The notes below the pieces were generated by a model. It ran no database searches. It saw only the letters and a list, made by a program, of their open reading frames with translations, and was not told where the DNA came from. Shown piece after piece: positions 52,865 to 62,453 of a stretch of DNA of 64,000 nt (position 1 is its first letter; each line of letters starts with the position of its first letter). The position numbers and the translations under genes are program-made. This stretch comes from Ignavibacteriota bacterium. GTDB taxonomy: Bacteria; Bacteroidota; Ignavibacteria; UBA10030; CAVZMI01. The stretch is from NCBI GenBank assembly GCA_963776275.1, contig CAVZMI010000005.1:54176-118175 (forward strand). Reading direction: 5' to 3'.

Positions 52865-53250
52865 TCCGCCGGATCCCGACTCCGACAAAGTCAGGGGTAG
52901 AAGACGGAATTATGATTTGTAAACGGCCAGGTGGCCGAGTTAATTTGCGATGTAGAAAACCATACCGAGGCCACCACGATTTTCATACAGCCAGGTGGCC
53001 GAGTTAATTTGCGATGTAGAAAACCATACCGAGGCCACCGCCCTCGGTTGCAATTTCTATATGGTTACCTCGATATGACAAATGATATTGCTGATCATGG
53101 TTCGACAAGCTCACCACGATACTCGGTAACCTGGCTATTTATTTCTCATCTAGGCATCAACAGCCAGGTGGCCGAGTTAAGACGCCATTTCGACAGCCAT
53201 ATCGAGGCCACCGAATAAGAAGTCGGGGGGAGAAGGCGGATTTACGAATT
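52865..53250. repeat. cluster of REP-like palindromes bracketed by a 31-bp imperfect direct repeat
   Basis: GCCAGGTGGCCGAGT..CGAGGCCACC at 52926-52975, 52990-53039 (identical 50-mers) and 53163-53212, plus an inverted variant at 53063-53136. Flanking 25/31 direct repeat at 52888-52918 and 53220-53250. Confidence 0.8.
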
Positions 53251-53306
53251 ATGTATATCGAATTGAAACAGCTTTAGATTTTTCTATTTACCGGCGCATT
53301 CTTTTT

Positions 53307-56300
53307 CTATTCGTCCAGCACACGCCGTATTGTTCTCAGAAGATCGTTCGTATTGTACGGCTTTTGTACGATCATGTTTGCTCCGTCTTTGAGTATTTCA
53401 GATTTTTCTATCTGATCATTGAATCCACTTGCGAGAACGAATTTCAGCGAAGGATTAATCTTTTTCAATTTTTTCAAAACCTCATGTCCTGTGAGTTTCG
53501 GCATTCCCAAATCGGATAGCACGAGTCCGATCGTATGTTGATTGAGTTTATATTTCTCGATTCCTTCTTCACCGTCCGAAGCCATCAATACTTCGTATCC
53601 CTTCTGTATAAGATTGATGCGTATCAATTCTCGTAACAACTCTTCATCTTCGATGACGAGGATCGTCTCTGTGCCGCCCGGGATCTCTTTTGGGACTTCT
53701 TTTTTGTGGCCAGGTTTTTCATGTTGTAAAGGTTTTATGGGGAAATACAGAAAGAATGTCGTTCCGTGACCAACCTCGCTTTGGACATCAATGAATCCCT
53801 CATGGCTCTTCATAATACCGAAGACGACAGATAAACCGAGTCCTGTACCTTTCTCTGGATCCTTTGTTGTAAAGAAGGGTTCAAAAATGTGCTTGAGTGT
53901 TGTTTCATCCATGCCGATACCGGTGTCGTTTACCTCGATTGAGACATACTGATCAGACCTCGCATCGACGAAATGCGTGCGTAAAGATTCTCCCGACACA
54001 AGTCCGGTTAAAATCGTAAGTGTTCCATTTCCTTCCATTGCATCGCGGGAATTCACGAAAAGATTAAGCAAGACCTGATGGAGCTGCGTCGAGTCGGCAT
54101 TGATTGATGGAAGATTCTCGGAAAAATGGCACGCGAGAGTCATTGTCTTTGGAAAAGTCTCATGAAAGAGTTTTTTTATTTCCTTAAGGGAATCATTCAC
54201 CGATGTCGGTTTGAATTCTACTTCGCTCTTACGCGCAAATGTAAGCATTTGCCTAACTACCGCCGCACCGCGTTCTGCTGCTTTTATTATCGTGTCGATG
54301 CTTTCTTTCAGGCGTGCAGGATTACTGTGAATTATCTCTATCAGCGACGAGTGCCCCATGATGATGGCGAGAATATTGTTGAAATCATGCGCTATGCCTC
54401 CGGCGAGAGTACCAAGGCTCTCCATCTTCTGAGCTTGTATTAATTGTTCTTGAAGGCGTTTTTGTTGGGAAATATCGACATACATAAAATAAAAACCCAT
54501 GTTCTGGTTTTTAAGTATAATGGGATGACCGGAGATAAGAACTTCAACCAGTGTTCCGTCTTTTCGTTTTCTTGCCGTCTCGAACATTTGTACTGTACCA
54601 CTCTCAACAACCTGACGTAAAAGGTCATGCGCTTCTTCCATTTTATTTTCGGGTACAATGATTGTATGGATATGTTTTCCTTTAACTTCATCAAGCGAAA
54701 ATTGGAAGAGGTCGACAAATGCTTGATTTATATTGAGTATCGAAAATTTGGTATCGAGCATCACCGTTCCTGCGGGCGAGCTCTCAAATAATTGTTTAAA
54801 GTATAGAGACTGTTCCTCGAGAGCTTTTTCCGCCCGTTTAGACTCTGTGATGTCCCTGGAAATCCCAAACGTCCCGGTGATCCTACCCTCCTGATCGCGG
54901 AGAGGAACCTTAGTCGTAGAGGCCCACGATTCCCCGCCATCAGACCAGGTCTCCTTTTCTTCTTTTCCTACTATAGGCTGGCCGGATTTTATTATTTCCT
55001 GTTCGTCATTGTAGGCCGGTTGGGCATGCTCCGGCATGAAGAAATCGAAGTCTGTCTTATTAACTGCCTGTGCAGGATCGCTCAGTCCAAATCGCTGAGC
55101 CAGGGCCTTATTGATTCTGATAAAGCGGCTGTCAATATCCTTAAAGTAAATGGAGTCAGGGATGTTGTCCATGAGGGCAAGTATCAGACTCCGCTCCTTA
55201 TCTAAGGCTTCTTCTGCCTGTTTGCGTTCGGTCAGATCACGCGCCATGGCCGCCGCTCCGATTATGGTGCCGTTTTCATCCCGGATTGGATTATAGGATA
55301 CTTCAAAATATCGACGCGATAAAGCATCTTCGCCAGAATATGCCTCCTCTATAACGTGTTCGCCGTTAAGCGCACGATTGAGATTTTGCTTCGCTGTTCT
55401 CCGATCCTCATCGACAGTTTGATATTCGAGGATGCTTTTACTAATCTCGATATCTACTCCATACAACGTTTTCATGACTGCCGCGTGATTCCTATTATAA
55501 CTCGTGTAGCAATAATTTGTGTCGACCGAGAATATCGGGCTTTCGGTGCTTTCTATAATGCCCTTCAGGGTCGAGTATTGTTCCTGGATTTTTGCCTGTG
55601 CGCGCTCGTATTCGGTGACGTCTGTGAATACTTCAAGTATTGATTTCTTTCCGTTGAACAGCATACCGGTAAAGTTTATCTGGTATGTTTTTCCCTTGAA
55701 GATTCCACGCGTCGTCACGACGCCGCTGTTTCCAAGCCCGATGCCTTTTTTAAGTGGACACTCGGGGCACTGGGTTTTGTCATCATTATATACACTCCAG
55801 CAATTCCTGCCAAGTGCATCCTCTCCCACGGCATCTCTCAGCCATTGATTCATAAAAAGAAGCGTTCCATCCTCAGCCACGATATTTATTCCTGAGGGTA
55901 TCGCACGAAGCAGCGACTTATTCAGTGTATTGCTTTCTCGCAGCTGTTGTTCAGAGTGCAAGCGTTCTTTCTCCGTCCTGATCGCTACGATCGCATAAGC
56001 GATATCTTCTTTTAACTCGTTGAGAAGTTTCATCTCTTCATGGTCGAACATATCCGGCTCTTTCGAGTATATCTGCAATACTCCCAGGTTTTTCAGATTG
56101 GCAGCCAGTGGAAGTACCGCGAAAGAACGATATCCTATTCTATTAGCTTCAGTTCGTAAATGAGAATAATGCTCGTCAATCATAATATCATTACAGATAA
56201 CATCTTTGCCTGAGGCAAGCGCTTTGCTCAGAAGGCTTCCGCGGTCCTGCTTGAAAGAGGCAGAAGCTGATTCCGGAAACTGGTCCTGCTCTAAACCAGC

Positions 56301-56933
56301 CGATGCAACTGGCCGGATTGACCGACCATCCTCTTGCTCGATAAAAGCGATCCATGCAAATAGATGCTTCCCGATTGCAACAATTGCACGACATATCTTT
56401 TCTGCCACATCCTGTTCTTCAGTGGTTCGGACGATGATTTCATTGCATTCGCTTAACATCTGCAGGGCTCGATTTGTCTTGCGCAATATTTTTTCAATGA
56501 CCTTCCGTTCGCTCAATTCTTGTTGTACCGTTTTCAACAAACCTGCCCGTTCGATCGCGTACGAGATCGATCTTGAAAGAAGCGAGCCGTCGATCTGTCC
56601 CTTTATCAGATAATCCTGGGCTCCTACCTGTACAGATTTTATCGCCAGCTCTTCATCGTCCGTACCGGTGAGAATGACGATGGGAATTTGTGGTTTTCGA
56701 GCATATGTTTTTAAGAACGTATCGAATCCCCTACTATCCGGCAAAGAAAGATCCAGAAGTAATACATCGTAATTACCCTTCATGAGAGCCTTGAGTCCGT
56801 CAGTAAGGTTATTATAATTGTCAAGGACAAATTTTCGTCCTTTTGCTTGCCGGAGTATCTCTTCAATGAGGCGCGCATCACCGGGATTATCTTCGATCAG
56901 CAAAGCACGGATTGAATTTTCATTCACATTCAT
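53307..56933 (-). CDS. hybrid sensor kinase REC-GAF-PAS(x4)-HisKA-HATPase-REC
   Basis: LIEDNPGD..LLDLSLPD, AQKMESLGTLAGGIAHDFNN, PFFTTK..KGTGLGL, C-terminal receiver. Confidence 0.92.
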   Translation of the reverse strand: MNVNENSIRALLIEDNPGDARLIEEILRQAKGRKFVLDNYNNLTDGLKALMKGNYDVLLLDLSLPDSRGFDTFLKTYARKPQIPIVILTGTDDEELAIKSVQVGAQDYLIKGQIDGSLLSRSISYAIERAGLLKTVQQELSERKVIEKILRKTNRALQMLSECNEIIVRTTEEQDVAEKICRAIVAIGKHLFAWIAFIEQEDGRSIRPVASAGLEQDQFPESASASFKQDRGSLLSKALASGKDVICNDIMIDEHYSHLRTEANRIGYRSFAVLPLAANLKNLGVLQIYSKEPDMFDHEEMKLLNELKEDIAYAIVAIRTEKERLHSEQQLRESNTLNKSLLRAIPSGINIVAEDGTLLFMNQWLRDAVGEDALGRNCWSVYNDDKTQCPECPLKKGIGLGNSGVVTTRGIFKGKTYQINFTGMLFNGKKSILEVFTDVTEYERAQAKIQEQYSTLKGIIESTESPIFSVDTNYCYTSYNRNHAAVMKTLYGVDIEISKSILEYQTVDEDRRTAKQNLNRALNGEHVIEEAYSGEDALSRRYFEVSYNPIRDENGTIIGAAAMARDLTERKQAEEALDKERSLILALMDNIPDSIYFKDIDSRFIRINKALAQRFGLSDPAQAVNKTDFDFFMPEHAQPAYNDEQEIIKSGQPIVGKEEKETWSDGGESWASTTKVPLRDQEGRITGTFGISRDITESKRAEKALEEQSLYFKQLFESSPAGTVMLDTKFSILNINQAFVDLFQFSLDEVKGKHIHTIIVPENKMEEAHDLLRQVVESGTVQMFETARKRKDGTLVEVLISGHPIILKNQNMGFYFMYVDISQQKRLQEQLIQAQKMESLGTLAGGIAHDFNNILAIIMGHSSLIEIIHSNPARLKESIDTIIKAAERGAAVVRQMLTFARKSEVEFKPTSVNDSLKEIKKLFHETFPKTMTLACHFSENLPSINADSTQLHQVLLNLFVNSRDAMEGNGTLTILTGLVSGESLRTHFVDARSDQYVSIEVNDTGIGMDETTLKHIFEPFFTTKDPEKGTGLGLSVVFGIMKSHEGFIDVQSEVGHGTTFFLYFPIKPLQHEKPGHKKEVPKEIPGGTETILVIEDEELLRELIRINLIQKGYEVLMASDGEEGIEKYKLNQHTIGLVLSDLGMPKLTGHEVLKKLKKINPSLKFVLASGFNDQIEKSEILKDGANMIVQKPYNTNDLLRTIRRVLDE

Positions 56934-56938
56934 AGCTT

Positions 56939-57388
56939 CTACCCTCTGGGAAGTCGCACAATCGTCAACCAGAAATCTTCTATTGACCGAATGACTTTCA
57001 TGAACTGATCAAGATCGAGCGGTTTGGTGATATAGCAATTTGCATGGAGATTGTACGTTTTTAGAATATCTTCTTCCGACTTCGATATCGTTAAGATTAC
57101 CACGGGAATTCGCTTCAGATCGTCATCAGATTTGATTTCAGCAAGCACCCTACGGCCATCCATTTTAGGCATATTCAGGTCAAGCAGAATCACATCAGGT
57201 CTCGGCACATTTGTATATCTTCCTTGCCTACGCATAAATGCCAATGCTTCGACGCCATCCTGCACCCAATGGAGAGCGTTGAGGATTTTGCTTTCCTTAA
57301 ATGATTCCAGCGCAAGTCGAGCGTCGCCTGGATTGTCTTCGACTAAGAGAATCTCGATTGGTTTGCCCAAGTTTTCGGTATTCATCAT
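56939..57388 (-). CDS. single-domain response regulator (Rcp1-like)
   Basis: ILLVEDNPGD, PRPDVILLDLNMPKMDG, YNLHANCYITKP, FWLTIVRLP. Confidence 0.92.
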   Translation of the reverse strand: MMNTENLGKPIEILLVEDNPGDARLALESFKESKILNALHWVQDGVEALAFMRRQGRYTNVPRPDVILLDLNMPKMDGRRVLAEIKSDDDLKRIPVVILTISKSEEDILKTYNLHANCYITKPLDLDQFMKVIRSIEDFWLTIVRLPRG

Positions 57389-57398
57389 GATCGTCCCT

Positions 57399-57845
57399 TT
57401 AATGTGATGGCAGCTTGACAATTGTGAGCCAGAAATCCTCGATCGACTTTACCACTGTTACAAATTGGCTGAGATCGAGCGGCTTGGTGATGAAACAGTT
57501 TGCGTGCAGGTTGTACGACTTCAACACGTCCTCTTCCGCTTTGGAAATCGTTAGAATCACAACTGGAATTCGTTTTAAGTCCGGATCGACTTTTATTTCT
57601 TCAAGAACTTGACGACCATCTTTCTTTGGGAGATCGAGGTCGAGAAGAATAAGATCGGGACGCGGTGAACTTGAATACTTTCCTCTCTTATAAAGAAAAT
57701 CCATCGCTTCAATACCGTCTTCTACGACGTGGAGAGTATTTCGGATCTTGCTATCTTTTAGGGCTTCAACCGCGAGCCGTGTATCTCCGGGATTATCCTC
57801 AACTAAAAGTATCTCGATGGGTTTACCATATTCTTGTGTTGCCAT
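57399..57845 (-). CDS. single-domain response regulator (Rcp1-like), tandem paralog
   Basis: ILLVEDNPGD, PRPDLILLDLDLPKKDG, YNLHANCFITKP, FWLTIVKLP. Confidence 0.92.
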   Translation of the reverse strand: MATQEYGKPIEILLVEDNPGDTRLAVEALKDSKIRNTLHVVEDGIEAMDFLYKRGKYSSSPRPDLILLDLDLPKKDGRQVLEEIKVDPDLKRIPVVILTISKAEEDVLKSYNLHANCFITKPLDLSQFVTVVKSIEDFWLTIVKLPSH

Positions 57846-57856
57846 TGATTACCTCC

Positions 57857-60856
57857 TTACCTTATAGGAATTGTAAAAAAGAACTTTGAACCATTTCCAA
57901 CTTCCGATTCAAACCAAATCTTACCTCCGTGTCTTTCAACAATACGCTTACAGATGGCTAATCCGATACCGGTTCCAGGATATTGCTGCGACGTATTTAA
58001 ACGCTGGAAAATTTGGAAAATTCTGTCGGCGTACTGCGAATCTATGCCTATACCGTTGTCGCTTACTGCAAAAACATAATAAGCCCCCTCCTTATTTACT
58101 GAAATATGCACATGGGGAGGTGCGTCTCTTCTGAACTTGAGCGCATTCTCAATCAAGTTCTGAAATAGTCGCACCATCTGCGATTCGTCCGCTTCGACTA
58201 CGGGAAGATCGTCCTGCGTGATGATCGCATGCGATTCTTCAATTTTGTTTTGGAGATTTGCAGACACTTGACCAACGATTGAGCCGATATCGATCCGTTC
58301 AAACTTCTTTCCCCGCGTTGTAACACGGGAATAATCAAGAAGATCGTTGATTAATCGCTGCATCCGGTTTGCCCCATCGACGGCGAAATTGATAAAATCA
58401 TTAGCGTCCTTGTCGAGCTTATCTTTGTAACGCCGCTCGATAAGCTGCGTGAAACTTGAAACCATGCGCAGCGGCTCCTGAAGATCGTGCGAGGCAACAT
58501 AAGCAAACTGCTCAAGCTCCTCGTTGGAGCGCTTTAGGTCCTCAAGTGATTTTTTGAGTGCCTCCTCAGCCCGCTTGCGCATAAACGCCTCAACGAAAGA
58601 TACTGATAAATCTTCAACGGCATCCTGGTCGGCATGGGTATAACCCGCTTCCTTATTAGCAAGGCCGATAAGACCGATCGTCCGCCCGGCCTGTTTCAAT
58701 GGCACTCCTAGGAAAGAGATTATCAGAGGATGGCCCGGAGGTGTCCCGACACGGTCGGGGTGCGATGCAGGATCGTTGACGATTATTGAGCGACCTTGGT
58801 GGATGACACTGGACCAGATCCCGCGAACTTCCAGGTTCTTCAGTGCTATGAGTGCGTCAGTTTTGGGCATTCTGCAGGCTTCCCAGCCGGGGTCGCTTAT
58901 GGCAAGCGAATCTACCTTCCCTGATGCGTTCAGCTCGTCAACGAAACCGAACTTGCTGCTAGTCAATTTCTCTGCAACAGCAAGAAAGGCGCGAGCTACA
59001 TCCTCATCGCTTTCACAGATTAACGACTCTTGAAAGACTTTATTGATTGCATTCAGCACAGCACTTTGCTGAAGGATTTGTTCTTCCACCCGCTTGCGCT
59101 CGGTGATGTCTCGCGCCGCTGCAAATACACCCTGTATTTCCTCCTTCTCATTACGATACACCGTTGCATTGTATAATACGTCCGTAGTTTTCCCAGACGT
59201 GTGCCGCAAGGTCAACGGATAATCTATCACCAGCCCATCCGCCAGCACTTTCCGGTACCCTACACGCGCCTTCTCCGGCTCGGTGAAATAGTCGGCAAAA
59301 TCGCCGCCGATGAGTCGCTCGCGGGAAACACCGGTGACATCCTCGGTCGCCTTGTTCACATCGGTGATCTTGCCATCAGCACTGATGGTCACCAGCGGGT
59401 CAAGGCTGGCTTCAATCAGGTTGCGGGTATAGATGGATGCCGCACGGAGCTCCTCATCCTTCCGCTTGCGTTCGGTGATATCATGGCCTTGAGCGATTGT
59501 GGCAACAAGAGTCTTTCCGTCCGGCGACATGATATTTGCTGAATTCCATTGAAGTGTCCGGAAAGAGCCATCGATATGAAGGATAATAATTTCGACTACA
59601 TCCCACCGTTTGCCCTCAATGGTTTTCTTGATAAGTTTCATCGAACTATCAAGAAGGGCAGATGGAAACAGGATTTCCAAAGATTTACCAATTACATCCT
59701 TTTCAGCTCTTCCAGTAAGGGATTCGAAGGCTTTGTTGAACCGTGTGATTTCATGATGGGTATTCCAGACAATAATTGGAGCATTAGCGTAGTTGAGTAA
59801 ATTTTCCAGGTATTCGTTAGTCTCCCGGCGCGCCTCATTAGCTATAATTAATTCTGCTGCTCGTTTTTCTTTCTCCTCGTTTTGAAAGGCAAGCTCTTTG
59901 TTGGCAATGATTAACTCTGCTGCTCGTTTTTCTTTCTCCACTTCTGCCTGCTTGCGCTCGGTGATGTCGCGCTCTGTGGAGGCAATACCAATCGGTTTTC
60001 CGGTATCGTCCACTAGTTTCGTCACAGTGAGCCAGATATCTAAAATGCGGTTGTCTCTGGTCACCCGCTGGGTTTCAAGTGAGGTGATCGCTTCGCCCGC
60101 TCTCAGCCGGCGGGTAAACTCCTTCCGCTCTGCTTCTCTATTGGGGGGAGTCAGGTGCTCGATATTCATCTGAAGTGCCTCTTCCTCGCCGTAGCCATAC
60201 ATCAGTTCAGCACCGTGGTTCCAGGTGGTGATCCGGCCCTCAAAATCCTGTATTATAATTGCATCGTTTGAGTCTCTCACTATAATTGCCAGGCGTCTCA
60301 AGTTCTTCTCTTCCTGCTTGCTCGCCTGGAGCGCAGCCTCCCTTTGGGATTCAGCGAGCTTGCGCTCGGTAATGTCGCGCTCTGTGGAGGCAATACCAAT
60401 TGTTTTGCCCGTATTATCCACCAGTTTCGTTACTGTCAGCCACACATCGAGTATACGCCCATCTTTGGTCACCCGCTGGGTCTCAAACGAGGAGATCTTT
60501 TCGCCCGATATCAACCGGCGGGTAAACTCCTTTTGCTCTGCCTCTTTGTCGGAGGGCGTGAGGTGCCAAATGCTCATCTGAAGCGCCTCTTCCTCGCTAT
60601 AGCCATACATCAGTTCAGCACCGTGGTTCCAGGCGGTGATTCGGCCCTCAAAATCCTGTATCGTAATCGCATCGTTTGAGTCTCTCACTATAATTGCCAG
60701 GCGTCTCAAGTTCTTCTCTTCCCGGTTGCGCTCAGTGATGTCCTGTTCAGTGTGCTTACGTTTCTTCAGCAGCGTTTCCAGCTTCTTCACTTTCCTACGA
60801 ACAGATTCCAGCTCGCCAATCAGTTCGTTCTTCGTTTTCCTATTATTCATGTTCAT
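57857..60856 (-). CDS. PAS(x4)-GAF sensor histidine kinase with Cph1-type HisKA
   Basis: Likely ATG 60856 after GAGGA; RSNEELEQFAYVASHDLQEPLR, LFQNLIENALKF, DNGIG, YPGTGIGLAIC. Confidence 0.92.
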   Translation of the reverse strand: MNMNNRKTKNELIGELESVRRKVKKLETLLKKRKHTEQDITERNREEKNLRRLAIIVRDSNDAITIQDFEGRITAWNHGAELMYGYSEEEALQMSIWHLTPSDKEAEQKEFTRRLISGEKISSFETQRVTKDGRILDVWLTVTKLVDNTGKTIGIASTERDITERKLAESQREAALQASKQEEKNLRRLAIIVRDSNDAIIIQDFEGRITTWNHGAELMYGYGEEEALQMNIEHLTPPNREAERKEFTRRLRAGEAITSLETQRVTRDNRILDIWLTVTKLVDDTGKPIGIASTERDITERKQAEVEKEKRAAELIIANKELAFQNEEKEKRAAELIIANEARRETNEYLENLLNYANAPIIVWNTHHEITRFNKAFESLTGRAEKDVIGKSLEILFPSALLDSSMKLIKKTIEGKRWDVVEIIILHIDGSFRTLQWNSANIMSPDGKTLVATIAQGHDITERKRKDEELRAASIYTRNLIEASLDPLVTISADGKITDVNKATEDVTGVSRERLIGGDFADYFTEPEKARVGYRKVLADGLVIDYPLTLRHTSGKTTDVLYNATVYRNEKEEIQGVFAAARDITERKRVEEQILQQSAVLNAINKVFQESLICESDEDVARAFLAVAEKLTSSKFGFVDELNASGKVDSLAISDPGWEACRMPKTDALIALKNLEVRGIWSSVIHQGRSIIVNDPASHPDRVGTPPGHPLIISFLGVPLKQAGRTIGLIGLANKEAGYTHADQDAVEDLSVSFVEAFMRKRAEEALKKSLEDLKRSNEELEQFAYVASHDLQEPLRMVSSFTQLIERRYKDKLDKDANDFINFAVDGANRMQRLINDLLDYSRVTTRGKKFERIDIGSIVGQVSANLQNKIEESHAIITQDDLPVVEADESQMVRLFQNLIENALKFRRDAPPHVHISVNKEGAYYVFAVSDNGIGIDSQYADRIFQIFQRLNTSQQYPGTGIGLAICKRIVERHGGKIWFESEVGNGSKFFFTIPIR
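59952..60722 (-). repeat. intragenic 408-bp-period duplication of a PAS module
   Basis: Copies at 59952-60314 and 60360-60722 both encode EEKNLRRLAIIVRDSNDAI..ASTERDITERK with high DNA similarity. Confidence 0.88.
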
Positions 60857-62453
60857 GTATCCTCGGTACCCGTTGCTTGAATTACTTCGATAAGTCATTC
60901 GATTGTCATACCATCTGCTTCCTGCAAAATTACCTCTGGACGACAGCGCTGAAGGAGTGCTAGCGCGTTGCGATAACATCTTCTTGATTCGTGAATCTCC
61001 CCTAAGCCGGGCCGTAATATTTCCCATCGTTGATCGAGAATAATACAAACTGGTTAGTGATACTCATATCCTATCCTCCTCTTAGGAGTCTTGTTAAAGG
61101 CGTCGAAATCGTGTTATAAAAAACGTATTCTCCAATGAGGCGAACTGAAATCAAGCAGTGCGTCTTCCGATGAGACGAAAAAGTCTGATAGCAATTACCG
61201 CGGCTATGATTTGTAGAGCGCTGGTACATGCCACAACGTAAGATCGTACTCATAAAGAGATCCTTCACCTACTATGTGTCATGACGTCGATTATCGAAGG
61301 GAATGAGTTGACGGCTAGTACGATAATTGGCGGTCTAGATGAAAACCCTTACAAAATTGAATTATCATTAAAAGCATACGGGATTTCGCAAACTAAATTT
61401 TCATACGTATCATATAATATTATCGACAAATTCATGGAAAATATTAGATATTAGTGACTTTACATATACATTGATTGAAGGAAACTTAGGAAGGCAGGAG
61501 AATTTTAACAAAAGCTTATTAAAAGTCAAGGAAAAAGCAATAAAATGTGAAAAATTGGGGAGTCTTCTAATTTTCAGATAGTAATTGTTCAATATCAGAC
61601 TTGTCCAAAATAGCTGTTATGAAAGAACAGTGTTAATGGTGTCACTTTCTTTTCAAAAAGAAAGTGACACCATTAACACTGTTCTTTCATAACAGCTATT
61701 TTGGACAAGTCTGATATTGAACAATTACTATCTGAAAATTAGGAGAGTTCCACATTTTTCACATTTTATTGCTTTTTCCTTGACTTTTAATAAGCTTTTC
61801 GTTAAAATTCTCCTGCCTTCCTAAGTTTCCTTCAATCAATGTATATGTAAAGTCACTAATATCTAATATTTTCCATGAATTTGTCGATAATATTATATGA
61901 TACGTATGAAAATTTAGTTTGCGAAATCCCGTATGCTTTTAATGATAATTCAATTTTGTAAGGGTTTTCATCTAGACCGCCAATTATCGTACTAGCCGTC
62001 AACTCATTCCCTTCGATAATCAACGTCATGACACATAGTAGGTGAAGGATCTCTTTATGAGTACGATCTTACGTTGTGGCATGTACCAGCGCTCTACAAA
62101 TCATAGCCGCGGTAATTGCTATCAGACTTTTTCGTCTCATCGGAAGACGCACTGCTTGATTTCAGTTCGCCTCATTGGAGAATACGTTTTTTATAACACG
62201 ATTTCGACGCCTTTAACAAGACTCCTAAGAGGAGGATAGGATATGAGTATCACTAACCAGTTTGTATTATTCTCGATCAACGATGGGAAATATTACGGCC
62301 CGGCTTAGGGGAGATTCACGAATCAAGAAGATGTTATCGCAACGCGCTAGCACTCCTTCAGCGCTGTCGTCCAGAGGTAATTTTGCAGGAAGCAGATGGT
62401 ATGACAATCGAATGACTTATCGAAGTAATTCAAGCAACGGGTACCGAGGATAC

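Noticed and set aside
52926-53212. Mini-CRISPR or 95-aa ORF in the REP-like cluster
   Set aside because: Units are ~50-bp self-complementary elements in both orientations with irregular spacing; the ORF is just their translation.
36-60893. Numerous antisense and alternate-frame ORFs in the track (e.g. 36-581, 5700-6266, 17476-18048, 42269-43012, 51608-52213)
   Set aside because: Shadows of well-supported genes on the other strand or frame, with no motifs of their own.
61071-62453. 65-aa mirrored ORFs and the 64-aa N-terminal extension (MYYSRSTMG...) of the kinase
   Set aside because: No recognisable domain or RBS; the paralog at 38773 and the GAGGA RBS place the real start at 60856.
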